Shown one piece after another: positions 37,001-50,822 of a stretch of 64,000 nucleotides of DNA (position 1 is the stretch's first letter; each line of letters opens with the position of its first letter). The notes under the pieces are model-generated. The model had not been told where the DNA came from, did not search any database, and saw only the letters and a list, made by a program, of their open reading frames with translations. Source of the stretch: Acanthaster planci (taxonomy: Eukaryota). The stretch lies in contig NW_019091356.1 in the NCBI RefSeq assembly GCF_001949145.1, forward strand, positions 2,822,713-2,886,712, written 5' to 3'. A program made the position numbers and the translations under genes.

Positions 37001-40000
37001 ATGTTGACAAGAAGCCCCTTGAATTTCAGCACATGTACTGCATCTAGATCTGCTTTTGTTTTTGAGTTTTCTGAAGTTTGTTGTGACCTTTGATCAAACC
37101 TATTCTTAATACAACCACATTATCATGCAGCCACTGTATGCTGTTTTTATTGTCTGTCACATATTTATCCACTAGGTTGTTACAGTCAATTCATTGTGAT
37201 TAATTTTGGGTTAAAGAGCATGACCTCAATCATCCAATGATTTGTACAGTCACAATGGAAATCCAACCCTAGATCTTGGCTACCTGCCAAACATCAGCTC
37301 AGCAGACTGAGGGCGTGAGGCCTGTGTAATAGCTCCATGGTGATATATCATTTGAAGGCTAATCCTATTACTTTGAGGATATGGGAAACTTTGAGACACT
37401 GGTGGCAGCAGACACACTGGTCCTTTTCAAGGTATTGCGCATGCTCAGAACTCAGTGTGCGTGCATGCTCAGAACTGCTGAAAGGGACTGGTATATGGTT
37501 TGTAAGCCACCAAGCATCTCTGAAGTCTCCCATTAATGGATTTTAGTTGGTTCTGTGACCCATTAAAAGACATTTTCAGTGCCAAAAAAGCCGGCCACTG
37601 GTATAAATAACAAGACATCTACATGGAAACATGTACATCTTGATTAAAGCTAGTGATAATGATATGAACCCCAATATTAACCATGTTGCTGACCTGTTGA
37701 ACCATCAGATAAGAGCTTAATCACACACAGTCCAAAACATCAGGGACCAAGCCAAGGGTTGATAGCAAGTGCCAAATATGATTCCAAATCCGAGTTGGTT
37801 CAATCGCCATGTCAACTAACCTTTTCAAACAGCTTGTTAATTACCTAAAAAGTATATGAGAAAATGTGAGAAAAATTTCTGTTTGTACCGTGAATGACAA
37901 AGCTGTTTGTGTAGCAAGTGATGATAGCCCGAGTCTTAATTAATGCACACACAGTATACATGCATTTTCTTCCTCCACATTGTCATCATCTGTCTCTGAT
38001 ATTAACCTGGACTTAAATCGGGTAAAATGCTGCAGATATCTTACAGTACAAACATCTGAGTTTTGTCTTTGTTGCAGCAGGGGCAGCTGTGACCACATGT
38101 GCTTTAGAGGCTTCCCCTGACAGTGAAATTCCCGAGAGATTTGGGTTGTGAATCCTAGCAAGGCTCACTTTCGACAGGTCCAGCTAGCAGCACAGGGCCA
38201 AATTAATGCATCCCTCCCAAGTCCTCTGGGGAATGACAGGAGGGAAGTCTGTCACCATTTGTCACTGTCTGTGCCTTTTGGCACTGACCTATGAGTGGCT
38301 CAAACTTGTTTGCCAAAACTCAAGGCACAAAGGCCAACATAAAACAAAGCACAGTAAAACCTTAGCTTGCGCTACAGCTCTTGACATGGGAAGATTACAG
38401 GGGAGATCTGCTAGACTACTATGGAGGAAGGAAACCGGATTCCTCCATGTTTGATTTGATTACTCAGTGGACTACAACATGACAGGAAAAATATCCCAGT
38501 GATAGCACAATAAGAAATGGACTAGAACACACACCCAATGGAAAATTGAATGCAGCTAGTCCCTTACAATATAATTGAATTTGGTCAAGAAAAAAATGTT
38601 AACAACCAAGATGCTAAATGCTGAGCTGCAACTGATCATGACTATGTAATCCGGTGAGGTATACAACAAGACAGAGTGCTAGCTGTTCATTACAAGGCCA
38701 GCTGTATGGTAGAATGGTTACTGGGGTCATCTTGTGTGACCCTGATTCGCAGGGCAGTGGTACAGACTGGGAAGGGATGTCAACAAAGGGCTGAGCTTGG
38801 GGCTTAGACTTGTACCAATACAAGTCATGTTGTTATTCAAATAAAGTTTGATTGCAGCTTTGTTTTGATTTCTAAGCCACATAATGAATTCATTTTATCA
38901 TCGGTGGTGCCTGGTACGGTACCCCAGTTTATACTGCATCTATGCAACGAAATTCTGTGAGGTTTGTAATTGTAATGCCCAACTTTAATTGTAGACCTGT
39001 ATCCAATGTACCTGCAAGACGCCGAGAATTCTGCTTGACTATAAATAGAATATAGTGTCCTCTATGTGTCTGTTTGAAGAAAGTGCAGGTATTGCTTTCA
39101 TTGCAGGGCATGAAAGGACTTGACAAATCTAACCCCAGGAAGTTGAACCATTGGTTTGATCCTAACCAGGAAGAAACATGTCAATATCCTGAGGTGCAGT
39201 AGTCTAGCTTGGTTGTTGCCTCAAGCACTAGGCAGTGACAACAGAGCTCCCGAAACAGATACACCAAAGGCTACACTGGCAGATTAACTGTCATCCTTGA
39301 ATACATGCAATGCGCTTTTGGTACTGGCTGTTGTTAACTCTCTGTATTGACAACTTGCCAATAGGCCTAACTGGGCAGCACCTTTGTAGCTCCGTGATTG
39401 GCAAATACATGCAAAGACCATGTTTATAATATATCTTGTATTCATTTGTTTTCTTCGTTTAGACAGTGAACCTCATTACAGTTAGCAAATGTATGACAGT
39501 CATGCAGTTTCATGGATAATGTGTTTATAGTTAAGCAAAGCAAAATGCAAACCTATGCTCCAGCAGTAATTTACACTGTTAAAGTGGTTTCCTATATGCC
39601 CTAGCTGTAGAGGAAATGAAGGCTGGAGCAATAATTGGGCAACAGTTTGCATGCCCCTTTAAGCCAGCGTCCACAGTAAATATGCACCAGGTTCCAACAA
39701 TTTGCAGCTCCGAACGACACTATAACTTTAAAGGTGCAAACCACACAGATTGTATTTGATATTTGATGGAATCATGCTTTTTGAGTACAAAATAACACAC
39801 AAAAGGGCAATTCAAGAAAAGTCTCCCTCTGTTGAGAATTCAGCAGTGTGAATAATTTAACAGTTAAGAGTTTTCCACCGTGAAAGTTCAACTGTTATGC
39901 AGTTCTATCAGCCCTGCCCTAGCTCTCCGTATCATGATTCGTGTGTATGCTTAAAAATACATGTACATACATGTACATGTGTGCCCAAATATTCTGTAAT

Positions 40001-43000
40001 CGTCGCTCCACATGACGAATGCAATGCGTGTGTGCTGGCATGAATCTTTTGGCACAAGCCTGTGCACTTCATGATCCAAGCCTACCTGGATTGGGTCCCT
40101 CCCCGGCCAGGGGCTAAGAATGACCTTTGAACTCCCTGATATCTATCCCCTGGTGATGGTGATGAATGTTTGATTATTTCTTGCTTCTTGAAAACATTTG
40201 AACCTGATATTTGAACATTTGAAAGGGCAATTAAGTTTAATGTTATTTTTTTTTATTTGGAAATAGTCCAATATTTATACTATTTTTCAAATTAGAGCTG
40301 GTTTTAAATGAATGAAAATGAAACTTGATATATCTGATAAAATGATAGGCCCTACTGAAATCAGTGTGACCTGCAGTTATCGTGCCAATCTACATGGAAA
40401 AATGGGGCACTTCATTCCTTCCTCCAGGATTGGATTTATGACATGCTTGAGATTTTTTTTTTCATTTGAAAGGAAATTGGAAAGGAAACAGGTCTCTAGG
40501 ACAGAAATCAGTCTCGCAACCATAGCATCCATATTCTGATTAGGGTAGAAATCCCCATACTTTGAGCAGAGCTGGACTGACTCGGGTGGATTAAAAAAAA
40601 AGCAGCCGTTACCATCACAGCACCTCACAAATCCAACAAGATTCTTTCGAGTCTGTAAGTTATTCAAATGAGCTGCATCAAAAGCATGCCTTTGCCATTG
40701 TTCACCCTGATTCTTGTGACATCAGCTCTTGTAAAGTCATTATGGTCTTGTTTTGTCTCGATTACAACCGTGAAATAACATATAGCCTTGATTTGGGACA
40801 AAATTATCACTTCATAAATATGTAATCAAGTCAACTATGAGGCACTGTGTGGGTGAAGCAATACCTTATCACAGTTCACCAGCATACCTCATTTGTTACC
40901 ACAGTTTGTTAAAGTACTTTATTTGTTACTTAATACTTGATATATCTTGTGATTGTCTTGTTTAGGGATGCTGCTCCCACCCTAAATCAAACAGGATATA
41001 GCCATGCATGCATACTTAGTGTGGACGAATGAAAAAATAAACTTCTTGTAGGAATACATACACATATTGTAAAGCACAGATATCGGCTTCGTATTTTCTA
41101 TACGCTGCGGGTATTGACAAATGAACATTGGTACATTCTGCATGTATACCAATTCTCTGACTATGTAGTTTTTTAGTGGACCCCTTCCAATATGCCATTT
41201 TGCATATATATACCCTAGAAATAAATCAGCATATAGGAAGTATCATTGCTGTCGTGCATGTGAGATGTTTTATACCAGGGCCTTTGAAGCTGACCAATAG
41301 CTCAGTGTACAGGTGGATGGCCAGGCCGTGAGTAGAATAAATTAACCCAGGGTTACACGCAGTAAGTGCTTCATTGAGTCTCATGGTTTCATTATCATCA
41401 TTCATGCATTGGCAGAGTACGGGCCCAGGCGGGATATCAATTGGGCAGATTTTCAGAAGAATGGGGTAACGTAGGGGCATGTCACGACATGTTCGAAATT
41501 TCAGATTTATGCCTCAGAAAAAAAAAAAAGATGTGAAGTCTACTGTCTATGGCTGGTGTGTCGGATGCTCAGATGGATGTAATGAAATTTTCAGTTGGTT
41601 GGAAATTTGCATGTTAATTGGATCTTTAAATAGAAATTGGTTTGACCGTATACGGGTGTGGATACCTTCCAGGCATGTAGGAATCGCTGTCTGTCATTTA
41701 TTTGGAAACCTAGCCATTTCAGAAGGGGGTTAATTGGCGTGTGTGTCGGCTGTCTTCCTGTCATATCTGTAACTAATTATGTGGCAACCACTGTTGTAAG
41801 TTCTGCTATATAAAAAAAACATGTATGGGCCTGAAGTCTATAAAGAGTCATTGACAATTTTGAATGAACCTGGCATATGGCACCATTACAGCACTGAGCA
41901 TTATATATATAGACCAGATTTTTTTCTGGACCCTGGTTCTGGACTTTACCTGGCTGCTGGGATACCACAAAGAATTAGTTACATCCTAAACTAATTTGTT
42001 TGGTGAAGCAGAGAATGTGGCTCATACAGTGTACCTCAAAAATAATCAGTGAGTCATCCAAACTGTAAACAAACAATATAAAAGGGGCCAAACGTTGGAA
42101 AAGTAAAAATCAGACAAACACGACATATGTGGCCTTATTCAGGAAGAACAACATAATGAAGTGTAATAATAATATACATCCACAGAATTCACCCGTTCTC
42201 GTGTTGCCTGTCTAATCATTTGGTGATTAAAAATACTCTTGAGTCCAGTTTTGTTTTGCTTGGGAATATGGCATTTTGATAGGCACAGATACAATTTGAT
42301 GGCAAAAGGAGATAGAAAGAGCTGTCCTTTAATCTTGCAGTATTATTGACCTGATGATATATCAAGTGATCGAGATGCCGCATCCAGGCAGGGCTTCATA
42401 GTGAAGCTTATCAACTGATTTCATCGTGGGCACTGTGATCAAGTAGCAGGCAAGGCCCAGAAAATGCAGTGTACAATCTGATGCAGTTGTTACACCTGTG
42501 TGCCTAACATTTCAACTACATGCAAATTGCTTCTGCTGTACGTAATGGCATACCTATCTAAGGACAGAAACCAGTGTATAATTACTCTAGCTGTAATATT
42601 CATCTTGCAGCACTTGTTAAGCGCATAGTATGTGTCATTCAAAGGCATCACTGGCTTCCCATATGATCGATTTCAGTGGCCAATTATCAGGATCCCAAGA
42701 AAGAAAATCTCTCAAAAAGGTCAAAAATAATTTCTGAAATTGTTTGCTGCATTTTCAAATGCACTTAAAACTGTGCGCAAGGTGAAATAATGTGTAATTA
42801 TCTGCAAAATAATCCCTCGGTCATCAGCAAAAGATTCCTCATTAGATAATTATATGAAATAAATCTGGAAATTATGCTCTGCCTGGAATCTTGACAGAAG
42901 ACAGCAAATAAAAAGAATTCTGCTTGAATTCCTCTGTGGATGGACTATCAGGTATTTAGCTGTCAGCCATTACATGACTGTCTCACACACTGAGCTTTCA

Positions 43001-46000
43001 ACAGATTGACAACAAATAGTAGAGATTTACACCCAACGGACAGGTGATTGTACACCGAAAGGACTTTTGTTGTAAACAAAATCTCTTTCAAAATACAGTA
43101 GCCTAAGATTCTCAACCAAATTTTTCCGCAGTGTCTGCCAAATGTTGAGTGCTAAAGGTTTTTTTTTGTTTTGCTTTTTTTTTTTACTACAATAGGCTCA
43201 TCTCCAAGCTCAATTTTCTTCGACAGTTATCATTCCCCTAACTGGCAGAAAAATTTGACACTGTTCATTCAGGTTATTGATCGCTTATGCACCTGATGTA
43301 TGACTTTGCAAGTTTGAATCGAAGTTTTGCAAAATGTTTTGACTGGTCCTTTGCACCTGGAATATCAATGTGACATGGCAACTGCCCCCACCCCAACCCT
43401 TGGGTCTGATGCACACCTGCTCCTAACCCAAAACTGTCCCCCTGATGACAGACCCTGTTGCCCTCATTTATTAGTTCCTTCCAAGTAAGCCTTGCACAGG
43501 ACGCCTGACATTTGCTAAGCCAGCATTTTAGTGGGATGAGTTTCACTCAGTTTTATTTTTAGTCCATCGTTCCCAGTACTATTAAAAGAATCCGCAGCAA
43601 GTAACAAAAAATATGGACTGAACCCATGTTCCCCCCCCCTTAAATCTAGGTCCTGGATATAACCGAAACTTTGTCTGTCAGCACGGTCCCAGGTTGGTTC
43701 CATCAAGTGTTCTTTACCAAGCATCTGTCAGCAGGCAATAGAATCCTCCTCAAAGCTGTAGTCCTGACCTTTCATAGGGACCCCAAGTAGGTTCCAGATA
43801 GGTACACGGGCATATGGGCATGGTACATGGGCATTAAGGTGGATCTTGGATAGTTTTGAAAAAAAATGGGGATTGATTATCTTAACAACACTGAAAAGTC
43901 CAACCCCAACATTGAAACCAACTTTAAACCAATCTTTCTCTTACATTAGTGTTCATCTGTTGAATGTAGCTGCTACTGACGTTAATCAAAATAGATCTAT
44001 GCTTTTTAAATTAACTGTACTACTCTCCTTAAAAATATTCAATACATGTATTTGGAATTAACACAGAGACCTGTTGAAGGGTTCTGCTCTAGCACAGCCA
44101 AATTAACTATAAAAAAAGAAACCAAAAAAAACAAGACCAAAAAAAAAAAAAAAATACCCACAAAACAAAACAATTCACTGTGCTTTCCTCTTTTTGAAAA
44201 GTAAGGAAGCTACTTTTTGTCTCAGGTTTAGATTTCTTAAATTACAGGAGCCTTAATTAGCACATAGCCATGTTGAAAGAAATTGCAGTAAATTTCCAGG
44301 TACAACTACCTCCACGATAAAATTTATCAAATACAGTGTCAGAAATTGATACCTGTGCAAAAAACTTCTGCTCCTGGTGAAAAACCAAGAATGAATCCTG
44401 TGCACATTGTATGGTTCAATACACACCTTTGCTTCAAAACTATTTTCTTTTTTGGGGGGGGACTCCGTCCCCTCCAGTCCCTCGGGTTATTTACTGAGAT
44501 CTTGTGATCATGATGGGTCTCGCCCTCTCTGACACTTCCTGCTTGGAAACAGCTTGTCGACATTATTTAGAAATTTTCTTCCGTTCTGCATTATCTAATG
44601 GCCTGGTTGAAATTAGGCGACTGGATGTCAGTAACGAAACATCAGCTCTTGGTTAGAGTGACTCACTGTGCAGTACTTCTTTTCCCTGCACTTTCTAATT
44701 AGGTCATTTTTTAAAATTCAAATCTTTACAAATGGGGTAGGTGCAATGTAAGTCGGAGCTAAAAATGGAATACGGAATGACTGAAAGTGGTATATCCTGG
44801 ATTGAGTGGGAAAGGATGATATTTAAGGCTATGAAAGTCCAACACGCAAGAAGTCAAGAAGCTTTATCAGATTTGGCAGAAAATTTCAACTTAACCTTTA
44901 GCCTGATTTATTAGTATTTGTGAAAATCTGTAGATTTTGTACAGAAAGAGTTAATAACACTGTACACCTAACAGGTCGCAAGAACTCCACTGGGTGCATG
45001 TATTTAGCGGGTACGGCTGATTTTCATCAGAATGAGCACAAAAGCCCATCAGGTGTTGGCAATATATAGTTTTTGTAGCCTGTCATACTGCTCTCTATAT
45101 GTCACTGGGGGATATTTGTGTCACTACACTACAGAGAAGTAATATGTCACATGGTAAATACACGTGCACCGTAGTTCAACTCACTGAAATACAATGTCTG
45201 ATGTGGAGAAACCTGTCAGAGGTGTGTCGCTTATTTATTTATTTTGGGGGACTGGGGGCAGGGGCTGTGGGGAATGTAGACTCATTCCACGTAGAATCTT
45301 ACCCCATACTTTCACCACGGTACAAAAATTTCAAACTCTGTTTCCAAATTTCCAGCTATTTGTAAAATTTTGCCCTCTTAAAATGTCTGGCATTTAACGT
45401 GAATTCTATGATGTTGCTGTAGGTTTTCCAAAGGTTTTACAACATCAAGAACCTATTCATTATGTACAGAGTGATGTGTATGCACACAGCATGTAGTTTC
45501 CTTGCATGGTTGCATTTTAAAGTGAAGTGGTCTTATTTCCCACATGCATTGATTTTGAAAATGAAAAGCATAGTATGTAGACCAGACTGCTTGAATCTCT
45601 CCTGAGATTAACTTCCCAGCACACCCACATTACCATCAATATCAACATGATAAACAGATACATGATTAGCCATGCACTAATACATCTTCCATGGCAATTC
45701 CTACAATTTGAAAAACATTACAGCAAAGCTACAAAGATAGTAAATTAAGATTGCAGTAAGCACTTTCAGACAAAGCTAAAGTGATCCATTGAAAATTACA
45801 TGAAAGCATTTTTTTAGAAACATAATTTTTCAGTTGGATAATATCTTTGTGCACCTATATAAATCTCAAATATGATTGGTCTCCTTTCGGTTTCAGGTGC
45901 ATGATTTCCTGCAACTCTCTGTGTCTCCTGACAAGCCCCACCAATGTCACTAATGGGACTTGGTCATTTACAATTCATGTTGGCTGAGACTGCGGGGGCA

Positions 46001-49000
46001 GACATTTAACCAGACTGAACTTTAGCCTTGCTGTGCGTATACGAGTCGAGCGGCTCATCCAGATGAACTGCAGGATTTTTCAGACTGTTAACCCCTTTCC
46101 TTATACAAAGCCAAATTCTCCAATGCAACTCAGTCAGTGTTGACAATAAAAATATTCCTTTCCCTCTCCTTTGTCCAAGCTCTTTGGCACTAATTAACAT
46201 TTTGGTCCGAACAAAGTGAATACTGCCGAAATTATAAACTGTGTTGCATAACATGAATAAGAAAAATCATTGTTTGAGAATACAGCTGCCAAGAGTTGAG
46301 CCAATACCTTCAGAATTTACTCATAGTTAATGAAAAAAATATAGAGTGTCAGCTTGACTATAATTCTGATTTTGGAATTTTGAAATTAAGTTGGATTTTT
46401 GCCTTGCCCGGCGTGTATTATAACACTGTCTACTCAGGGCAAAATATCCAAAATTAACATCTCCCCGCCGCAAATTCATTCTTGGAAATTTTGAAAATGA
46501 AATAGGTCTGACATAACAGTGACAGAGAAAACATTTTTTTACCATTTGTCAATCAACGGACAATTTGACTCCTAACCAGAGATAAGACACCACCAACAAA
46601 CAAATGCAACGAGAGGTGTACATGCCAACAGCCATCATTGTTTAAAACTTGTGATCCGAGAGTAGTAAGAGTTTGCATCTAGCTGTTGGCTACACAGTTG
46701 TGTCCCCAAGCAAGCCACTTTACCCTCAACTTCCCTGTAATCAGGAAATATCCTGCAGTGGATGGGCATATCACCCGTGGAAACAGGTTGTATCAACAGT
46801 ATGGTACCAAAGAAAGAGGAGATAAACATCAGACATTATGAGCAGTATAAGCTGAAGACAGACATGATTTACTTTGCCAGTCTTGTAACAGATCAAGCAC
46901 ACTCAGCCAGAAACCAATCACACTCACTCAAAAAACCCAATGTTTTACTTAAAACTTCATGTCAGTAATCGGGATGACCCGACAACTTGCATAAAACTGT
47001 ATGGAGCAGTTTTGGACAATATCAGCATTTGAAACATGCCAAGATAATCAGAACTGGAGGCATTTGGTTCCCATCTTACATTTCAATTATACTTTCTGTG
47101 CATAAAACACCTGATACAGCAGGAACTTCTGTTTCTCTCAAATAAAGAAAGAAAGAAGAAGAAGAAAAAAAAAAAGAATTCACATTGTGTCTAAATATCT
47201 ATGGCCGGGAATCAAGGCTTCAATGCTTGCAGTGAAGTATATTTTATTCATTAATTTTTTTATAACCAGAGACTGCATACAGCCCATTGTATAACGACAA
47301 ATGAGCCCCTCAAAAGTATACATCAAATGCAAGCAAACCTGTCATGTCACTTCCCACGCAAGCAAACTATGCGTATTTGTCACAGTGAGCTCAGTCCAAA
47401 GCTTACAATGCGATAGTCACAATTTCCTGTCAGAGTTGTATTTATAGCAAGGAAGGAGGCTTGAATATCACACAAATGCCAATCATAATTTGCAATCCCT
47501 CAGCTGCATAGACAAGAACACTGCATTTCATTAAAATGCCATGTTTTTTTTCTTCCTTTTCTGGATGTGGGTGGGTGGGGGGGTAGAATATGTATTTTCC
47601 CTGAAAATGTTCAGTTAGGGTTGACAACATAACTAAGGAAAACGAACTGTTACCTAGCTCAATACAATAGAAACAAACATACACTGGTTTAGATGTACCG
47701 CTAATTCCCCCCCCCCCGCCCCACCCCCAAAATAAATAAATCAGAATGTGCATACGAGTACAGGCGTGTAATAGATGTATGGATATTCATTCCCACAATC
47801 TAAGTCAAAGCACAATCAAACGGACTAAAAACTGTAAATAGAATAATGTACGAAGAAGAAGCTGTCAGATTAAACAGAGTAAATATGGTTGGACTGAATC
47901 AAATGTGAGCTGAACGTCAATTGCTCTCCATGTAATCTGTATCAGCACCCAGTCTCACACATTCAGAGAGAGCATGAGGTCAGGTAAGACAAGCAACAAA
48001 GAACAGTACCACACGAACCACATGAATGGCTATTTAGTGCCCCACAGAGCTTGATGCAATGCCCAGGAGCGACACCACAGTGTACTACAAGTGCACTTGG
48101 CATCCACGCACACACTGATGCTACGGATTGTGCGCATTCAAATGAAAACTGGTTACGCATTGTCCATGCGGGTGTCATACTGTGAGAACGATTTTGGTTG
48201 GTAGGTAAATCTAGACCAGGCTTTGGGGGGAATTCTGTGAGGCATCACAACAATTTGAGTACACGTGCAGACATATTCCACGATGAATGTGTACACCATG
48301 TGGTCTCGGTGGAGTTGCCTTGCACAAAGTCCAGCAACAAGCATGGGTGCATGCATACAGCGTGTGCCACACACTGGAACTCTTATGTCGCGATCACACA
48401 ATGTTTTCAACTGGAGGTCCCAGACCTGTTTATATTAGCATGCTTTGCAAAGCTTCACTGGGGCATATCGGGTGTCAATGCAAAGTGATTAAAGCCTCTA
48501 GCCAATGGCTTCCCAATATTCTCATAGGCTCACATGATATTTCTAGCCAAGGCCGCTATTTTTGGACACGGATGAATGCTGGACATTTTTATTCTCACAT
48601 TGAAAGTTCACACACTTCTGCTTGAAATGTATATGGCTGTAAACGAAGCCAAGTTGCCACTGGAAAAGTCTCGGGAAACATATACATGTAATATAATTTC
48701 GGTATTTACGAATCTGTGGTTGAGTGTGGTGTTGCATTCAACATGTTCTATGCTATCAAGCTAATTAAATTGTTACTTCATGAACTCACAGCCAAGGCGA
48801 CTCTCATGTATCTGAGTTTAAACAAAGTAAGAAAACTTGACAGCTCACTTTACAACTTTATACTCACCTTTTCCAGGGACTGTGGATGTTAGGATGGCCC
48901 TCAGAAGTTTGGGTTAGCAGTTGTGCTGCCTTTTTTCTTCAGCTTTCATTTCCACTAGCTGCAAGCCAGTGGAGAGGACTGTAGGAAGTGGACATCTTGT

Positions 49001-50363
49001 CTTGGTCTGGTAATGTTCCAATCTGAACTCAGTCTACTGGAAATCCATGGTGATTGCTGAATCCACCAAGCTTGTTGGTAACAAAAGGAATCAGCTGGTG
49101 TGGTGTTTTAATTAAGCTAATGTTGATCTTTCTTTCATCCAGGCCACGAGACTCACAGATTACTGACGATTTGGAGACTGCAGAGGCTTCTTGGTATCAG
49201 ACCAATGATTAACATCAACCATCCAGTCTTCACTGTAATGCCTCTGAACTCGTTAAAAATCAGCTGTGGTAGTATCTTGCCCATATCTCTTGGAGCTCTA
49301 CAGGTCTTTATCTTGATCAAGAAATATCAGAATCCCGAAGTCTTCTGACTTACAATTTCACACACGGAGAGTCTCAAGTGGAACCAGACTACTAAGATTC
49401 CTATCAATGACTGTCATTACCCCTTATATTATTTAAAACTGCCATAAAAAGCAAGAAACTCAGTAAACAATCAAAACAAAAGAAAATGCATAGCATGATA
49501 GATAAAGGGACACTATTTATTCAGCTTTAAATTTCTGGAACAAAATCACAGCCACATTAGTATCTGATAATCTCTTATCCAGACATTGCTGAAACACAAT
49601 GGGCAACCAAAAATGTAGATGGGATACATTCAACCACTATGATTGGTCCATTTTACTACATCTGCTCTGCTATTGGTCTGCTGTCAAGTAAGTAACCAAT
49701 AACAGTGCAGCTCTCATCCTTGTGGACAACCACTGCACTGACCAAAGATTCTGGATGTGGTATGAACCCCTGATAAAAACTGAAATTAAATGCTTTCCTT
49801 TGATTTTTATTCCGACTGCCAACTTTACTCCATATTTCCATTTTAATGCTGGAGATATTCCCCAAACAGATATTTGTGACAAGCAATTTTAAATGAAATA
49901 GTTTTATCTATACTTTACCTTCCATTTGAATACACATGTTTTTTACATTGTCAGTTAAGAGTACTACACTGGCCCATTTGCCAAAGCAACATAAAAAAAG
50001 AACAGTTTCCTCTTTAAAATTACAAATAAATGATTTTTTTTGTTTAAAGATGAATTAAAATGTTTTGTAGCAATCTTAAATCTTTCTTATTTTACACGTT
50101 TGATATCTTTTTCACAAAAGAAAGATCAGTGTGCCTTTAGGAAAACCAAGCAGTTTTCTTTTTACACCAGGAATAATTACATTGATTGGTTTCTCAAATC
50201 TTTGCTACAACATGCAAGTTACATTTGGCTGCAGAACTGAAAAAGCCTTAGGAGGCACAAAATAGTCTAAACTACGATGTGGGTAATTCCAGAAATTAGG
50301 GGTCCAAAAGTGTGACAGTTTTGTGTCCCTGTTACGTCTGACCTTTGTTATTTGACATGGAAA

Positions 50364-50822
50364 NNNNNNNNNNNNNNNNNNNNNNNNNNNNNNNNNNNNN
50401 NNNNNNNNNNNNNNNNNNNNNNNNNNNNNNNNNNNNNNNNNNNNNNNNNNNNNNNNNNNNNNNNNNNNNNNNNNNNNNNNNNNNNNNNNNNNNNNNNNNN
50501 NNNNNNNNNNNNNNNNNNNNNNNNNNNNNNNNNNNNNNNNNNNNNNNNNNNNNNNNNNNNNNNNNNNNNNNNNNNNNNNNNNNNNNNNNNNNNNNNNNNN
50601 NNNNNNNNNNNNNNNNNNNNNNNNNNNNNNNNNNNNNNNNNNNNNNNNNNNNNNNNNNNNNNNNNNNNNNNNNNNNNNNNNNNNNNNNNNNNNNNNNNNN
50701 NNNNNNNNNNNNNNNNNNNNNNNNNNNNNNNNNNNNNNNNNNNNNNNNNNNNNNNNNNNNNNNNNNNNNNNNNNNNNNNNNNNNNNNNNNNNNNNNNNNN
50801 NNNNNNNNNNNNNNNNNNNNNN
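50364..50822. other. Assembly gap (459 N)
   Basis: Run of N. Confidence 1.

Noticed and set aside
48868..48995. Antizyme-type +1 frameshift or selenoprotein at AGC-TGA
   Set aside because: The +1 frame closes after 8 codons, and there is no antizyme or selenoprotein similarity and no SECIS evidence.
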